This document shows, piece after piece, positions 1 through 12,036 of a stretch of 64,000 bases of DNA (positions are counted from its first letter, which is position 1; every line of letters begins with the position of its first letter). Made by a program: the position numbers and the translations under genes. Origin of the DNA: Podarcis erhardii. Lineage: Eukaryota. The stretch is from assembly GCA_964252035.1 (NCBI GenBank), contig OZ176213.1, one strand, 5' to 3'. The notes beneath the pieces are model-generated. The model was not told the DNA's origin, did not search any database, and saw only the letters and a list, made by a program, of their open reading frames with translations.

Positions 1-515
1 GGACCCCTTCCCATCTCCCCAGAGCCAAAGACAGAGGTGGGAGGAAGGAGCTTCTCCAAGGGCAAAATTGGAGGGTGCAGTGTTTGTGTTTTGTGCCATC
101 TGTTTGAATCTGGGCACTGATCCAGCACCCAAGCCTGCTTAGCTGCACCTTGAGACCGTTATTCTCCTTACGTAACAGGCTGCTTGCTAAATCACCTGCA
201 CTCTTGGCCTGTAGTCTAAATTAGGGGTGGTGAACACTCCAGCCTGCTCTACCTGGCCTTGCTGGTGGGGGAACATGGCATGTGGTCCAATCACGGTGCT
301 TACCTGAGCCAGTAAAAGCCCACCCACCCCACTCCACACCCAAACCTGTGTTGTGATGCTCCCTCTTGCACCTGCACCTGCCCTTGCTCTGAGCCACAGG
401 GCTCTCTGTCTGGGTGGTGAAGATCAGCCTCTTCCTCTGTCCCTCGGGCTTGGGAGTGTTTTGGTCCGGTCCTGGGCTTGTGTGCGGGACCACTGACCAT
501 TGCTTCTGGCCACAG

Positions 516-536
516 CATGTGAGCTGAGAGAAGACG
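516..536 (+). CDS. PPIP5K1: Candidate 21-nt symmetric microexon of PPIP5K1 (A-C-E-L-R-E-D-G)
   Basis: ACTGAC branch-like motif, then ttgcttctggccacag acceptor. Donor ACG|GTGAGG. Phase 1-1 with no stop, matching the phase of the next exon. No homology support recalled. Confidence 0.35.
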
Positions 537-853
537 GTGAGGCTTTGAGAAGCTGGAGCAGGCTGGCTGTGCCCTGGGCCGCAGAGGTCTGTCCCTGCTC
601 CTCTGTTTTGTGTTGCCCTTCAGAGCAGATTTAGGAGCTGCAGACCCCCTCTCTGCTTCTTCCTTTGCCACTTGGGGGGATGGGACGGTGGCAATCGGGG
701 GCTGCGGCACCTTTTTGGGCCTCTTCCTGCAAGGGCTGCTCTGCTGCTTTCTGCCCCACTAACCTGGGTTGCCTGAGCTGCATGTGTGTGTGTGTGTGGG
801 GGGGGTGTTTGTGCACACACGTGTGATACTAACAGCAGGCTGGACCTTTTCAG

Positions 854-976
854 GGTCGCAGTGCACGGGTCTCTTCAGCACCACGGTCCTGGGGGGCTCC
901 TCCAGTGCCCCCAACCTCCAGGATTATGCCCGCAGCCACGGGAAGAAGTTCGCCTCCAGCTTTCTATACAAAGATG
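854..976 (+). CDS. PPIP5K1: PPIP5K1 internal exon ([33 protein letters not shown]...)
   Basis: Translation nearly identical to recalled human PPIP5K1 C-terminal region. TACTAAC branch point, ttttcag acceptor, GATG|gtaggt donor; 123 nt, phase 1-1. Confidence 0.92.
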
Positions 977-2366
977 GTAGGTGCACCCTCTGAAGACATC
1001 CTGAGGCTTGGGGCTGGGCGCTTGGCGGGGAGGCTCCAGGGAAGCTTGGGGGCTGAGCACTCCGAGGAACCCCTTGCCCTCTTGGGTCCTCGGAGAGCAG
1101 GGCTGGGAGGAGGCGTCTCCACATCCTGAGGGCCTCTTGCCTGGAGCTGCCTGGTCTCACCAACACCACAGGTCCTCATAAGGACGGAGAAGCAGACTTA
1201 GTCACGGCATCCATTAGCAGGGGGATGGAGAGCAGGTTTGAAGCTCTCAGGGATCAGCCTCACTAGTATAGTACTCCTTCCCCATCCCAGAGTGCCAGGA
1301 GTTGTTATGGGCGGCAGGGTGGGGCAGGGTGAGCAGCTGGGTTGGCTTTTCAGGTGAAGCAGAACAGGAGACGGGGTTGCCGCTCTGCAAGTCTCTGCCA
1401 AACAGCCTGCAGGGATGATTCTCCTCCTCTTCAGTGGCATTTACTGGGTCTCTCTTGGGGTTTATTCCTCTGGCAGCTGCCTTCAGCCTTCATAACAAGG
1501 TTGTTATAAAGTCCTGGCAGGGTTTTCACACCAAATAACACCTTCCCTGTTTGAGAGGGGCTTGCTTTCTGCCGCTTGCAGCGAAGAATTCTTCTCGGCT
1601 CCAGCCCTGTTGTGACTAGCCTGTCTTGCAAACTGGGCTTGAAGCATGGCTCTCAAATAGTTGGGGAGCTGCTCAAGAACTTTCTGAGCCTCTTCTGGCA
1701 CTTTCTGGTCCTCCTGAGGTATTTTTGGCTTCTTGCATTTGCTTGGTTGTTGAAAGAGAGAGAGAGATTCTGCAGCAGTTGCTGAGGCCTGGGTTGGTGT
1801 GTCAGAGGAAGGGAAAGCCTGTTTTTGTGGGCTACTAAGGTTGGCCTCTTAGGGGCTGCTCCTAGCACCATGCTGGGGTGATTCTCCACAGGGTTGTGTG
1901 GTGGGTGCTTTCTCTTCTTTCCCAACCAGAAGCTTAGGGGTGTCAGTAACACTGCCTGACCCAACTCAGGGATATTGACAGGTGAAGGAGCTGGACTGGT
2001 GCTGGTCCTTGGCCAGTAGAATGTTGTGGAGTATTCCTGCACCCTTCATTGTGGCTCTGGACAGGGAGGTTGAAGAAGCAGGGGCTACTGCCCTCCTCCT
2101 CTGCCTTTCTCTCCCATGGGACCCATCTGGGGAGTGCTTGTCTTCGGTCTCCGCTGTTGCGCCGCTGTCCTGTGGTGCCCATTGCCCCTCTGTGTGTGTG
2201 TGTCGAACCGTCCCTTGTGCATGTTGCTCCTCCCAGCAACCTCCTGGGGGAGGGCAGTCTAGTGTGGGGTGAGGCCCCTTCCTGCGGTGGGCCTGTGCTT
2301 CCAGCAGGGGGCGCCACAAGCAGATGTGCGCCTAACTGACGCGATGCTCTCATCTTGTTTCCTCAG

Positions 2367-2429
2367 AGCTCTTGTCTATGCCAGCTGTAAAGCGGTTTTC
2401 TGTGTCATTTGCAAAGCATCCAACTAACG
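2367..2429 (+). CDS. PPIP5K1: PPIP5K1 63-nt cassette exon (ELLSMPAVKRFSVSFAKHPTNG)
   Basis: Matches recalled PPIP5K1/2 alternative segment AVKRFSVSFAKHPTNG. Acceptor cttgtttcctcag, donor AACG|gtacgt; symmetric phase 1. Confidence 0.85.
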
Positions 2430-4085
2430 GTACGTTTGCTTCTTAATTTGACGCCCCTCCCCGCTCCTCCTGCTCCCTCCACCCTTCCTATGTCTTCCAT
2501 CCCCGCGTGCATGAGTGGGCAGCTGTGTTGTGCTGTGCTGTCCCCCCCCCTGCTCCCGCCACTAACCACCCTCTTGGCTCTCCCTTCTGTGTTCTCACAG
2601 GGATGGGGCGGGAGCAGAGGGACCCCTCAACACATAAACAGCAGCAGCAGGGAGGGCAAGATGATGCACCTGCCCCCCCCCCAGCTGGAGTGACCTGATG
2701 AGAGAGAGCCTATGGGGTACCAGCTGCTCCCCCCTCGCTGTGACCCAGAGTGGGGAGAGAGCCTTGTCCAGTTCCCCCCTCTCTTTAGGCTGCTTGTCTG
2801 CTTGCTTGCTTGCTTGCTTGCCTGCCAGCCCTCCAGTTCTCCCACCCCCAGGCAACAGGTCTTGCTGGGCAGTGCGGGTTCAGAGGCGGGGAGGTGCCAC
2901 TCTCTTCTCATGGGGGTCTTTGCCTCTGCTGGGGTGTCTGGCTCTTGCCCGACTGCAGGAGGTCTTGGCTGGCCCTGGGCAGGCTTGGAGGTGTCTGGTG
3001 GGTGGAAATTGGGGTGGGGAAAGCTGCCCGCAGCCCCTTGGGGAAGGTTTTCTTTCAGAGTAAAACATACTAATTGCATTAGAGAGATTTCCAAGTCTTT
3101 TCACTTCTGGAAAAGACAGGTTCCTTCTGTTTCTGCTTGCTAAAGTAGAGGGCTGCAAACTCTTTCTAAGCCTCAATCATCTCCCTTTCCTTTGTGCTTA
3201 TTGTCACTTTCTTCTTTGCTTCCCTCTTCTGTTATTTGCCAGCTAGCAAAAAGTCTTGCTTAGATCACTGGAGGGATGGAAGACAGGGCTGGTTGTAAAC
3301 TCCGAGCCTCATATCTGGTGCTTCTGTAGTTCTACAATTTATTCATTTAACAATTGGGCTTTTCGGTTTCTAGGAGTTAAAAGCAAGGTTTTGAAAACCA
3401 CTGTCTATGGTGCTTGAGTGCAATTCTCCCCTCAGTAGAGTTGATGAATATCCCTGCCTCCCCTGTGGCTGGCTGCCAGTGGAGGGGCACTCCCACATTT
3501 TGCTCAGTGGAGTCCTTTGCAGCCCATGTGAGGTTTGAGAATGAGTGTTGGAGGGACTCTGAGGAGGAGGGGCAGCCCAGAGCCGCTGGGGGGCGGCGGC
3601 GGGGGGGGGGGAGGGACGAGGAGCGAGAGACTCAAAGGCTGTAGGCTTACATGCCCCTTCCTTGCCTGCCGATCAGCAAGGCCAACTTCTCCTCCTGACT
3701 GGCTATTTCTGCCTGGGGGAGGGTTTCTTCCAAATGGGGGCTTCCCTTAGGCACATCTGGTTGGCCACTGTGGGAAGAGGATGCCAGGCCCTTTGGGTTC
3801 TTCTGATGATTTTATGGAAACTGAATTGGTGCTGACCAGACAATGCTTCTGCCAAATGTCTCAAAGGGTCTTTAGGTGCCCAGAAAGTGTTTGCCTGTGT
3901 TGTCTCTGAAGTGGGAACAGAGTTTGCTCCGTGGCGGGTGGTGCTGGCAGCTGTCCTCCCTCCCCATGCTCTTCCATGATCCGAGCTGGGCTTCCTCCCT
4001 CCCCCTGCCCTTCCCCCCTCTGTTGCCTTGGCTTTGGCTCTGCTGTGCCCCTCCCCCACTCACCCTTTGTGGCCCCTCCCCCCAG

Positions 4086-4268
4086 ATGAGCTGGAAGGCC
4101 CCTGCGGGCGGCTGCTGCTGCGCCACTTTTCCTCTGACTTTGCCGCCAGCCAGCCCGCCTCCCTCCTGGATGCCGCCCTGGCACATCACCTCCGCCAGTG
4201 CTCCTACCACTTCCGCCTCTTCCGGGACTGGCTGGTCTCTGGCCGGGGGGACCTGGAGAGCCTTGACG
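4086..4268 (+). CDS. PPIP5K1: PPIP5K1 183-nt cassette exon (DELEGPCGRLLLRHFSSDFAASQPASLLDAALAHHLRQCSYHFRLFRDWLVSGRGDLESLDG)
   Basis: Long pyrimidine tract with CTCAC branch motif and cccag acceptor; donor GACG|gtacgg. Phase 1-1, open, GC3-rich codon usage; in frame with flanking exons. Confidence 0.7.
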
Positions 4269-7138
4269 GTACGGCATGGCACTGCATGGTGCCTTGGGGG
4301 CCTCCTTGGCTGGGCCCTCCCCGCCTAGGGGGTCCCTGTGGCTCTGCCTCTTCAGGGGCTGCTTCCCTCCCTCCCCTGCCCAGCTGCCCTTTGCCTGGAG
4401 GAGGCCAGCCAGGAAACCTCTTCTCTTGTCCTGCCGATTCTTTCCCTGCTCCTCTTCACTGGGCTACAGCAATGTTAAAACACAACATTTTAAAAAAACA
4501 GCTAAATTCCTGGCTACCTGGAAAGGCTGTGAGCCCTGGTGGGTCTCACTTGCGCCCCCCCCCCCATGGAAGCCGGGCGTCTGAGGAAGGGCTGCCCCTG
4601 CTGCTGCTGTTGCTGCCACTGCTTCTTTGCATGAGGTTTGGTTTGGCTTCTGGGAGCCCCCCAGACCCTGGGCGTTGTCTCCCCAGCCAGCCCAGGCTGT
4701 TCTGCACCTGGTGCCAAAACCCTTGCAGAGTGTGCATGTGTGAGTGTCGGAATTGTGTTGCATGGGCAAAGCAGCTTCCCTGCCCCACAACCTGCCAAGG
4801 GGGAGCAGTGTGGGACTTGAAGGATGGAGGGCTCTTGGGCAGGCCCATAGGCACCCTCCCTTCCTCTTTCCCACCCTGGCACACAGGCCCAGCCACTCTC
4901 TGCATGGCTTTGAGCACTGGGCTGGGCTTTCTTCCCAGGAGGCCAAAGCCTGATTTTAGGGCAAAGCTGCCCAGGTGGCTCTTGACCGGGAACCTGCAGG
5001 TCGGGGAGGTTGGCAGCTGCCTGCAAGATGCCTGGCTTGTCTTCCAGAGGAGTCTACTGCTTGGGTCATTGCAGACCAACACTGCCCAGGAATGGCCTTC
5101 TTCCTTCTGTCTGCCCCTGCGTGATGGCCAGGCTGGTTTGAGTTCCACTATCAGGGCAGCTCAGTGGGAAAGAGGACCAGGCCTCCCCTCCCTTTGGCCT
5201 GCGTCTTCTGGGCGGGAGCTTCTCTTCCACTGGCGCCGTTCCCTTCCCGGGGAGAGGAGGCTCACTTGCAGGCTCCTTTCACAACCCTGCCTTGTTTGCA
5301 GCACAAGTCCCTGCAGTTTAAAAGCCAGCAGCTCTTTTGGACTGGTGCAAAGCGCCCCCCGAGTGGTGCTCAGCGTCCAAGAGAGGAACAGTTTCAGGTT
5401 TGTGTATAATTTGCACAGTGGCTTCCTAAGAGTTTCTTGGGTCATAAATACAGATTTTGCAGCTTCAGAAAATTGGCTCAGCTCTCCTTAAAACGGTCGA
5501 ATGTTGGTTTGTTATGCCAGAATTGGTTAGCAGATGTTCTGCTGGTTTGACCGACGTGAGGCACTGGAGTCCAGGCTTCCTTGCCTGATGCAGCCCTTTC
5601 CCTTCCATGCAGACCCACTGGAGTATTGCTGAGCATTCTGCAGCATCCTCTGCTCAGGTGCTGCAGTGACAAAAGCCACCTCCTGGATGGGGCACCTAAA
5701 CAGCCTGCAGGTGGGAGGCAGCTCCTGAGCAGCTATTTGCAGACTGTATAGCTCTAAGCCATGAGGGCCTTGACTCCGGAGCTCAGTGCATGGTGGGGCT
5801 GGCTGACTGACAAAGGGCGGGGGGCTCTGGACCCCCAACTCCTCTGGGAGTGCAGAGGCCTCTGCCCAGGCTCACTGTTATAAACTGAGAAATGAAAGCT
5901 AGGAGTTAAATGGCACCTTAAACCTAGGTTAAGGGCACAAGAATGTCTAGGACTAGGTGCATTTTTTCAATAACAAGAATGCAAAGCTGAAAAAGTATGA
6001 ACTGCAGCTAAAATATTCTGTTCATTTTTGACATGGTCTAGTCCTTCCCCTGCCCACCCCCCCTAATATTCTTAATAGGGTTTCTTCTCCAGTCTTCAGA
6101 GAGTAGCTGGAAGTGGGGATGCAGTCTGCAGTTTTAATCTGAAATCTTAGGCACAGTACTGCACCCAGAGCTCAGAACTGTTCATGCTAATGAAATTCCC
6201 TGTCACAAAATGCGCCTAGAACAATGGGAGTTTCGAACACTGTTCAGGCCCAACCCCTCTGCCCTTCTTATCCCTTCCTGGCCAAGCTTTGCTCCCAGCT
6301 TGGAGCAGGCTCTGTGTGGGGCACAGGCTGCATAGAAGCACAGGTCCTGTAGGGTGGGGGTAGGGGGCGATACTGGAAAGGGAGCAAGGAACCAAGTGTG
6401 TGTGTCTGTTGTGTGGAGAACAAAGCGGTGATCTGCTCTAAAATTTTCAGAAATGCTTTGTAAGAAAAGAATGAGCAAACTGTTGTTGATGGGACATTTC
6501 AGAAACAGAGTGGCAGGGGCAGGGGCTTCATCCTTCCCTTCCATGGGAACCAGGAGGCAGGAAGCTGAGGTTCCACAGTATATCCCTAACCCTAACGCTC
6601 TCCCTCTCCCATCTGCTGGAATAGCTCCAGGGTTAGAAATGCCAGTTCACCCAGCAGGGGTAACACAGAACTGGAGACTGAGAATGGCTGCCCAAAGTTT
6701 GGGGAGGCTGGGGCTGCCATCCCCAGGACCAGTTATGGTGCACCACTAGAGTCCCTGGGCAAACTGGTTTTGAAGTTTGTCGCATCACCTCTAACAGCCC
6801 CCTAGGCAAGTCGAGAAGAACCTTTGGGGGGTCTGTTCAGGGCTCCAGGTGCCAAGGAAGGGCTTTGCCTTCCCCAGGGACAAGGAGGAGCGGCAGCCAG
6901 GCAGCGGGAAGGTGGGTTAGGAGAGCTCCAGGTTTTCCTCCCAGCCCCTGCGTGCTTTTGCTTCTGAGATGCTGGGCTGGGTCTGGCCTGCTCTTTGGTG
7001 TGTTTTGGGGGCTCCATGCCTGTGGCTCGAGGGGGACGTTGGGCTTATTGTGGGCGTCTGGTGGGGAGGCAGCTGCCACTGGGTTTTCTCCTCTGCAGAG
7101 GTCCTTGACGCTGGGTGGGGGGTCTGCTCTGCCTACAG

Positions 7139-7282
7139 GCTTTGAAGGCTGCTCCATGGTGCCCAGCATCTACCCCTTGGAGACCCTGCACAACTCGCTC
7201 TCCCTGCGCCAGGTCAACAGCTTCCTGACGGCCGTCTCCAGGACCTGCAGCACCAGCACTCCCCACCCAGGAGCTGCCCCAG
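7139..7282 (+). CDS. PPIP5K1: PPIP5K1 exon (GFEGCSMVPSIYPLETLHNSLSLRQV...)
   Basis: Matches recalled human GFEGCSMVPTIYPLETLHNALSLRQV. Acceptor cctacag, donor CCAG|gtacca; 144 nt. Confidence 0.92.
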
Positions 7283-7874
7283 GTACCATCACAGGCAGGC
7301 AGGTTGGGCACTGTGCTGGGGTCCCAGGTGGCCACCCCCTCAAACTGAGCCCCCTTCTGCCCCAGGGCTTCCCGCAGGGCAGCACCCATGTTTTCCAAAG
7401 CAGCTTTGCCCAGCTGTGTAGAAGCAACACATTTCACTGCACACGAAAATAGAATACCCATTTTCTGGGGTGCCACCACCGAAAGGGCACCCCATCTCAG
7501 CACAGAGACCCTTTGGTGTCTTGGTATTGCAGCTGCATGAGCTAAGGAGCTGCAGGATATAGGAGAGAAGCCCTTAATCAGCTAAGGAAAGCTTGAGAGT
7601 GAAAAAGACATTTATGTTTACTGCGAAGCATGTGATAGATGAGCAGAATTTGGCTAAAATAGGAGAAGTGTGGGGGCTGGCCTGGGCTGGGGGAATACCT
7701 GGGGGCTTCGGCAGAAGTGCCTTCCTGGTCACCAGGAAAACCCCAGGCCCCTCAAAGGTTAGCTTGAGCAAGGGGCATCTTTGACTCTAAGGTGGGGGTG
7801 GGCAGAAGGGGTGGTGCCTAGAAGCAGGCCCTTGCCAGGGGCTCACAGTGTTGTCCTCCTCCTCTGTCCTGCAG

Positions 7875-7985
7875 CGCTCTTGGAATCCCTGATGGAGAGC
7901 CAGGGGCCAGGCGAGGACTTGACGCCGCAGCAGATTCTCTCCTCTTCTCTGCCTCTACGCCCCCGCTCAGACAAGCCCCCCTGGT
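7875..7985 (+). CDS. PPIP5K1: PPIP5K1 penultimate exon (ALLESL...RSDKPPW)
   Basis: Homologous to recalled ALFDSM...RSEKPPW. Acceptor tcctgcag, donor TGGT|gtaagt; 111 nt, phase 1-1. Confidence 0.85.
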
Positions 7986-8535
7986 GTAAGTAGGCACGGG
8001 GCTTGGGAGGGAGGAGCAGTTTGATGGAATAGACATGGACAAACAGGCAAGGCTGCCCAAGGGGACATTGCAGGTCTTTGGGGTGGGCTTTGTGCCAGCA
8101 GGAGGAATCCCAGCCAATGGGAACAGAAGGAACGGGGGCTGGGGGTGGCATCAGCATCAGCTAGGTAGACTGGGCTGGTTGCAAGGTTGCCAGAGGCCCT
8201 GAGCCCAGACCTTCCTGGCGCTTGGAGTTGGGCAGGGCAGCTCTTCCCTAGTGGGAGGGGGCAAAGCCAGCAGATCTAACCTGCGGGCTGGACAGGATGG
8301 GACCCTCACCCTGACTCTGCTTGGGGTAATATGCACCCCCACCCCACCCAGATTGTGTGGCTACTATTAGACGCTGCCCTGGGATCCTCCTGGCATTCTT
8401 CAGGGTGGGACAGTTGCCAGGCCCTGTGCCCAAAGCTGTGACGGTGCCAAGGAAGGGGTTTACAAGTAGCTTGGGGGGTATTCCTAGCACCTCATTCCCC
8501 CCCCCCATGACCACCTCGTTCTGATTCCCTTGCAG

Positions 8536-9083
8536 ACAGCAGCGGCCCCTCCAGCACCGTCTCCAGTGCAGGCCCTTCGTCGCCCACCTCCTCTGTGGAG
8601 AGCTGCCCCCGCTTCAGCTTCGTCTCGCAGACCAGCAAGGAGCGGCTGGCAGGGCCCATGGAGGGGAGCCAGCCGGGCAACAACGGAGCCTTCAGGGAGA
8701 AGGGAGAAGAGCAGAGCCTTGCCAGGGAAGCCTCAGCGCAGGAGGAGAAGGAGGAGACAGAGCCTGGCGGGCAGGCAGCCACAACCTTACTGCAGAAGGA
8801 ACTGGAGGGAGGGGAGGAGGCTGCCTCACCCCAGGAGGAAGAGAAGGTGGCGGCTGTGGTGGTGGGGGAAGAGAGTGAGCAGCTGCCCGCAGCACTGGAG
8901 CTGCTGGAAGTCGGGAGCAGCAGAGGTGCAAGGGAAGGGCAGGCAAGCGAAGGACGGAGGGAGCTGGACCTGCCAGAGGAGGAGGAGGAAGGGGAGGCGG
9001 CAGCAGCGGAAACTGGCTCAGGAGAGGCCACCTGGGAGGAGGCCCTGCTCAGTCCCTTTCTCCCAGTTGGGGAAAGCACTTAG
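8536..9083 (+). CDS. PPIP5K1: PPIP5K1 terminal coding exon (YSSGPSSTVSSAGPSSPT...; acidic tail; TAG 9081-9083)
   Basis: YSSGPSSTVSSAGPSSPT matches recalled human PPIP5K1. Acceptor cccttgcag; continuous frame to stop. Confidence 0.88.
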
Positions 9084-12036
9084 GCAGGAGAGGCCTGCTG
9101 CCAACTGAGGCTGGCCAAGTGGGAACCTTTCTTGCCCCTCCAGGAGGCTGCCTGCCTGAGCCAGGGGCCCCGTCTTGCCCGGAGTCCACCTGGCGGGGAT
9201 GGGCTCTGTACCAGCAGAGGTTGGGGCCGTCCCCCACGTCTGGGACATGAACCTCACTGGCCCAGCCAGGATGGCCTTCTTTCTCCAAAGTGTCTGGCTG
9301 CAGCTGCGCAGAGTGGGGGGGGGGAACCTGAAGAGACACCCTCCCCCAAGTGGTGTCCCCCTGGCAGTCTGAGTGTGAGAACTGAAGAGGTCTTCCTTGC
9401 TGGCGGCAGCGGTGGGGGTGGGAGGCTCTCGGTGGGGGGGAGGTCCTCCAGTCCTGCTGGCCATTGCCAGGGTACAAAGCTGCTTTGGAAAAATCAGGTT
9501 TTCTTAGAAACACGTGGATGAGATGCCAAATGGTGTACAGTACAGAGTAAATATTTAATATATTATTCGTGCTGGCAGGTAGAGGGGGCTGCTGGGGGTC
9601 CCCACTCCCCCACCCCCGCTCCATGGCCAGGCATGTGTCGTCCGTGGTTCAGATGTGTCTGTGTTTCTCTTGCGAGGGATTGTACAGCCGTCCCCTGGAG
9701 CTGCATTTTGTGCGTGGAGTAAAACGCCGACACTCCTAAGACGGGTGGCTTGTGTGTGTCTCTTTGGAGGGAGCCGCTTGGGGGTCTCTTGGTGTGCCTT
9801 TGTGCGGGGGCAGCTTGGGGGGTCTGGGAGGAGGAGGAGGAGGAGGCCGCACAGAACAGGGCTAAGCTGGCAAGAATTCCTGAAGCACAGCTGTCCTGCA
9901 CATTGAGAGGCCTTCTTGCTGCACAGTATAAAGGGGATTCCATAGGCAGAATTAGCAGCTGCACTAGAAAGGACTTAAAATGCACCTGCTGGCTGAGGCC
10001 AGTGGAAGCCCATCTAGTCCAGCGTCGTCTTCTCACAGTAGCCAACCAAGTGCCCCAGTGGAAAGCTTGCAAGCAGGACCTGAGCACTGTTTCCTCCTCT
10101 GTTTCCAGTAAGGGCTATATAACTGCTAAGAGAAGCTGCAGGACATCAGAGACACAAAGGGAGGGTGTCTGAAAACCCTTGGAGGTCTGTTTGTGTAAGA
10201 AGGAAGCAGTCTTTCCTGAGGCAGGGGCATTTTGCTCAAAGAGGAGGACAGCTTGGCCACCATCGCAACATCTGTTCTGGGTGGTTGGTGGAACATGTTT
10301 TTGAAGTGAAAATTACAAAGCATCATATAGAACAAGGGGAGCTAACACGCTCCCTTACAGATGTTTTTGGACGCCAGTTCCTTTTGGCTCCATGTAGCCT
10401 GCCTGACCGATCTGGGATGTTGGGAGTTCTTCCAGTTGAACAACATGGGGGGGGCACTAAATTGACTACCCCAATATGGACGAACAAATCTGGCCTTGCT
10501 AGACTTTTGGAGTTCTTTTGAGTGTGTCAACAAACATGTGGATCCTGCATACTTGTATTTTCAGTAAGGCTTTAACAGACGCTTGCCAAAGGCTCCTGAG
10601 CAAATTTAGCAGCCTTGGGGTGAGAGGACAGCTCTTCTTTATAGGTCAGGAACTGGTTAAACAACACAAAGCAGAGAGTAGGAATAAACCAGCAATTCTC
10701 AGAGGAGAGGGATTCTCTCCTCCCCCGACTCCTACAAGGCAAGGGCCTGCATTGGTGCTGGTGCTTTTTATCTTCTCCCTCAAGGATCTGGAGGTTGGAA
10801 GGAGAAGCCACCTTAGATGCCATTTTGGTGTGGGTTTTTTTGGGGGTGTGTGTGTGTAAAAAGCAAATTATATTGTGCAGCACCCTAAATGGTTCTCTCC
10901 AGGTTTGGTGAATAGGCAAGAAAATGGCAAATGCTGCCCAATGTAAATGTAAATTGATACGCAAAGAACAGAACAAAAACTATGCATGCTGCCGTGGTTA
11001 TCAAGGAGGTACATATGGAATACTGCGTGCAGTTCTGATTACCCCAGCGAGTTGAAACACCTTCATGCAAGGAAAGACAAATATTGGTGACTGTTTAGTT
11101 TGGAGGGGGAAGGCAATTAGTGGGGGGCAGAATTACGGAGGGTTTCACAGTGTGGAGATAGTTTTTCTGCCTCTCACATAATTTTAGAACTGACAGCTGC
11201 CCAATGAAATGGACTGGACTAGATTCGGGATGAGTGAGAGGAAGAAATTGCACATAATCAGTTGTGATGGGGATACAGAATTTCACAGGTTCAGAGGTGG
11301 GATTCAACAACCACAGTTGCAGGAGGCAGCTCTTTCCCTCACCTTGAGGGTCTCCCAACTGTCTGGCCTGTGTTGGTGGCCCAGCTAGAAGGTTGTCTGC
11401 TCTTGCACTCTTTGTTGGTGTTCCATATCTACAAGGGAAACCAGTTGTTTTCTAGGGTGCCATTCTCTTCTGGATTCTTTTGCTCTGGACTAGGTGACCC
11501 TTGGGCACCTTCCGACTCTTAAGATTCTTTGATTCTATGGCTCATGAGGAACGTTACACAAACAGAGGCCAAATCCTTGTTCCTGTGCTGCAAACAACAA
11601 ACCTGAGCAGTTTTCTGGAAATGCCGTTTTGAACAAAAGGTATGTGGACAACAAAGCAGGTTGTTCTGTTCATTCCCCACCAAGGAAAAAGGAGATAAAC
11701 TTTTTGGCCTGCCCTCCCCTGACCCCTTCAGGCCTCTGCTGTGTGGGGCAAGGGAAGCAGCAGGAGCAAGGCCCAGGCAGGCAGCTGCTCTGGAATGCCC
11801 TCAGAGGGGCTTTGAGGGAACAGAGCAACCCTTCTCCTTCCCTTGACCTATGGAGCTCAATGCCATTGGGCCGGGGAGACACTGGGTTATGGATGCTGGT
11901 GGAGGAGCAGAAGCCCAGCTCCAAAAGGCTGGAAGAGACCTTGGTGGTGGGTGGAGAACCAGGGCTGGGCGCTTTGCCAGTGTATCAGTCAGTGGAAGCA
12001 GGACAGGAGCCCCTTCTGAGTCGCAGTTAATGTGGC

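Noticed and set aside
624-687. Possible PPIP5K1 exon after a strong pyrimidine tract
   Set aside because: 64 nt, stop codon in the phase required by neighbouring exons, weak donor; not supportable without RNA data.
874-886. REST/NRSE site TTCAGCACCACGG
   Set aside because: Only the left half matches, and it is explained by the conserved codons for FSTTV in PPIP5K1.
4028-5491. 487-aa ORF as an independent gene
   Set aside because: Only 4086-4268 has exon signals and coding-like composition. The rest is low-complexity GC-rich intron with no recognisable domain.
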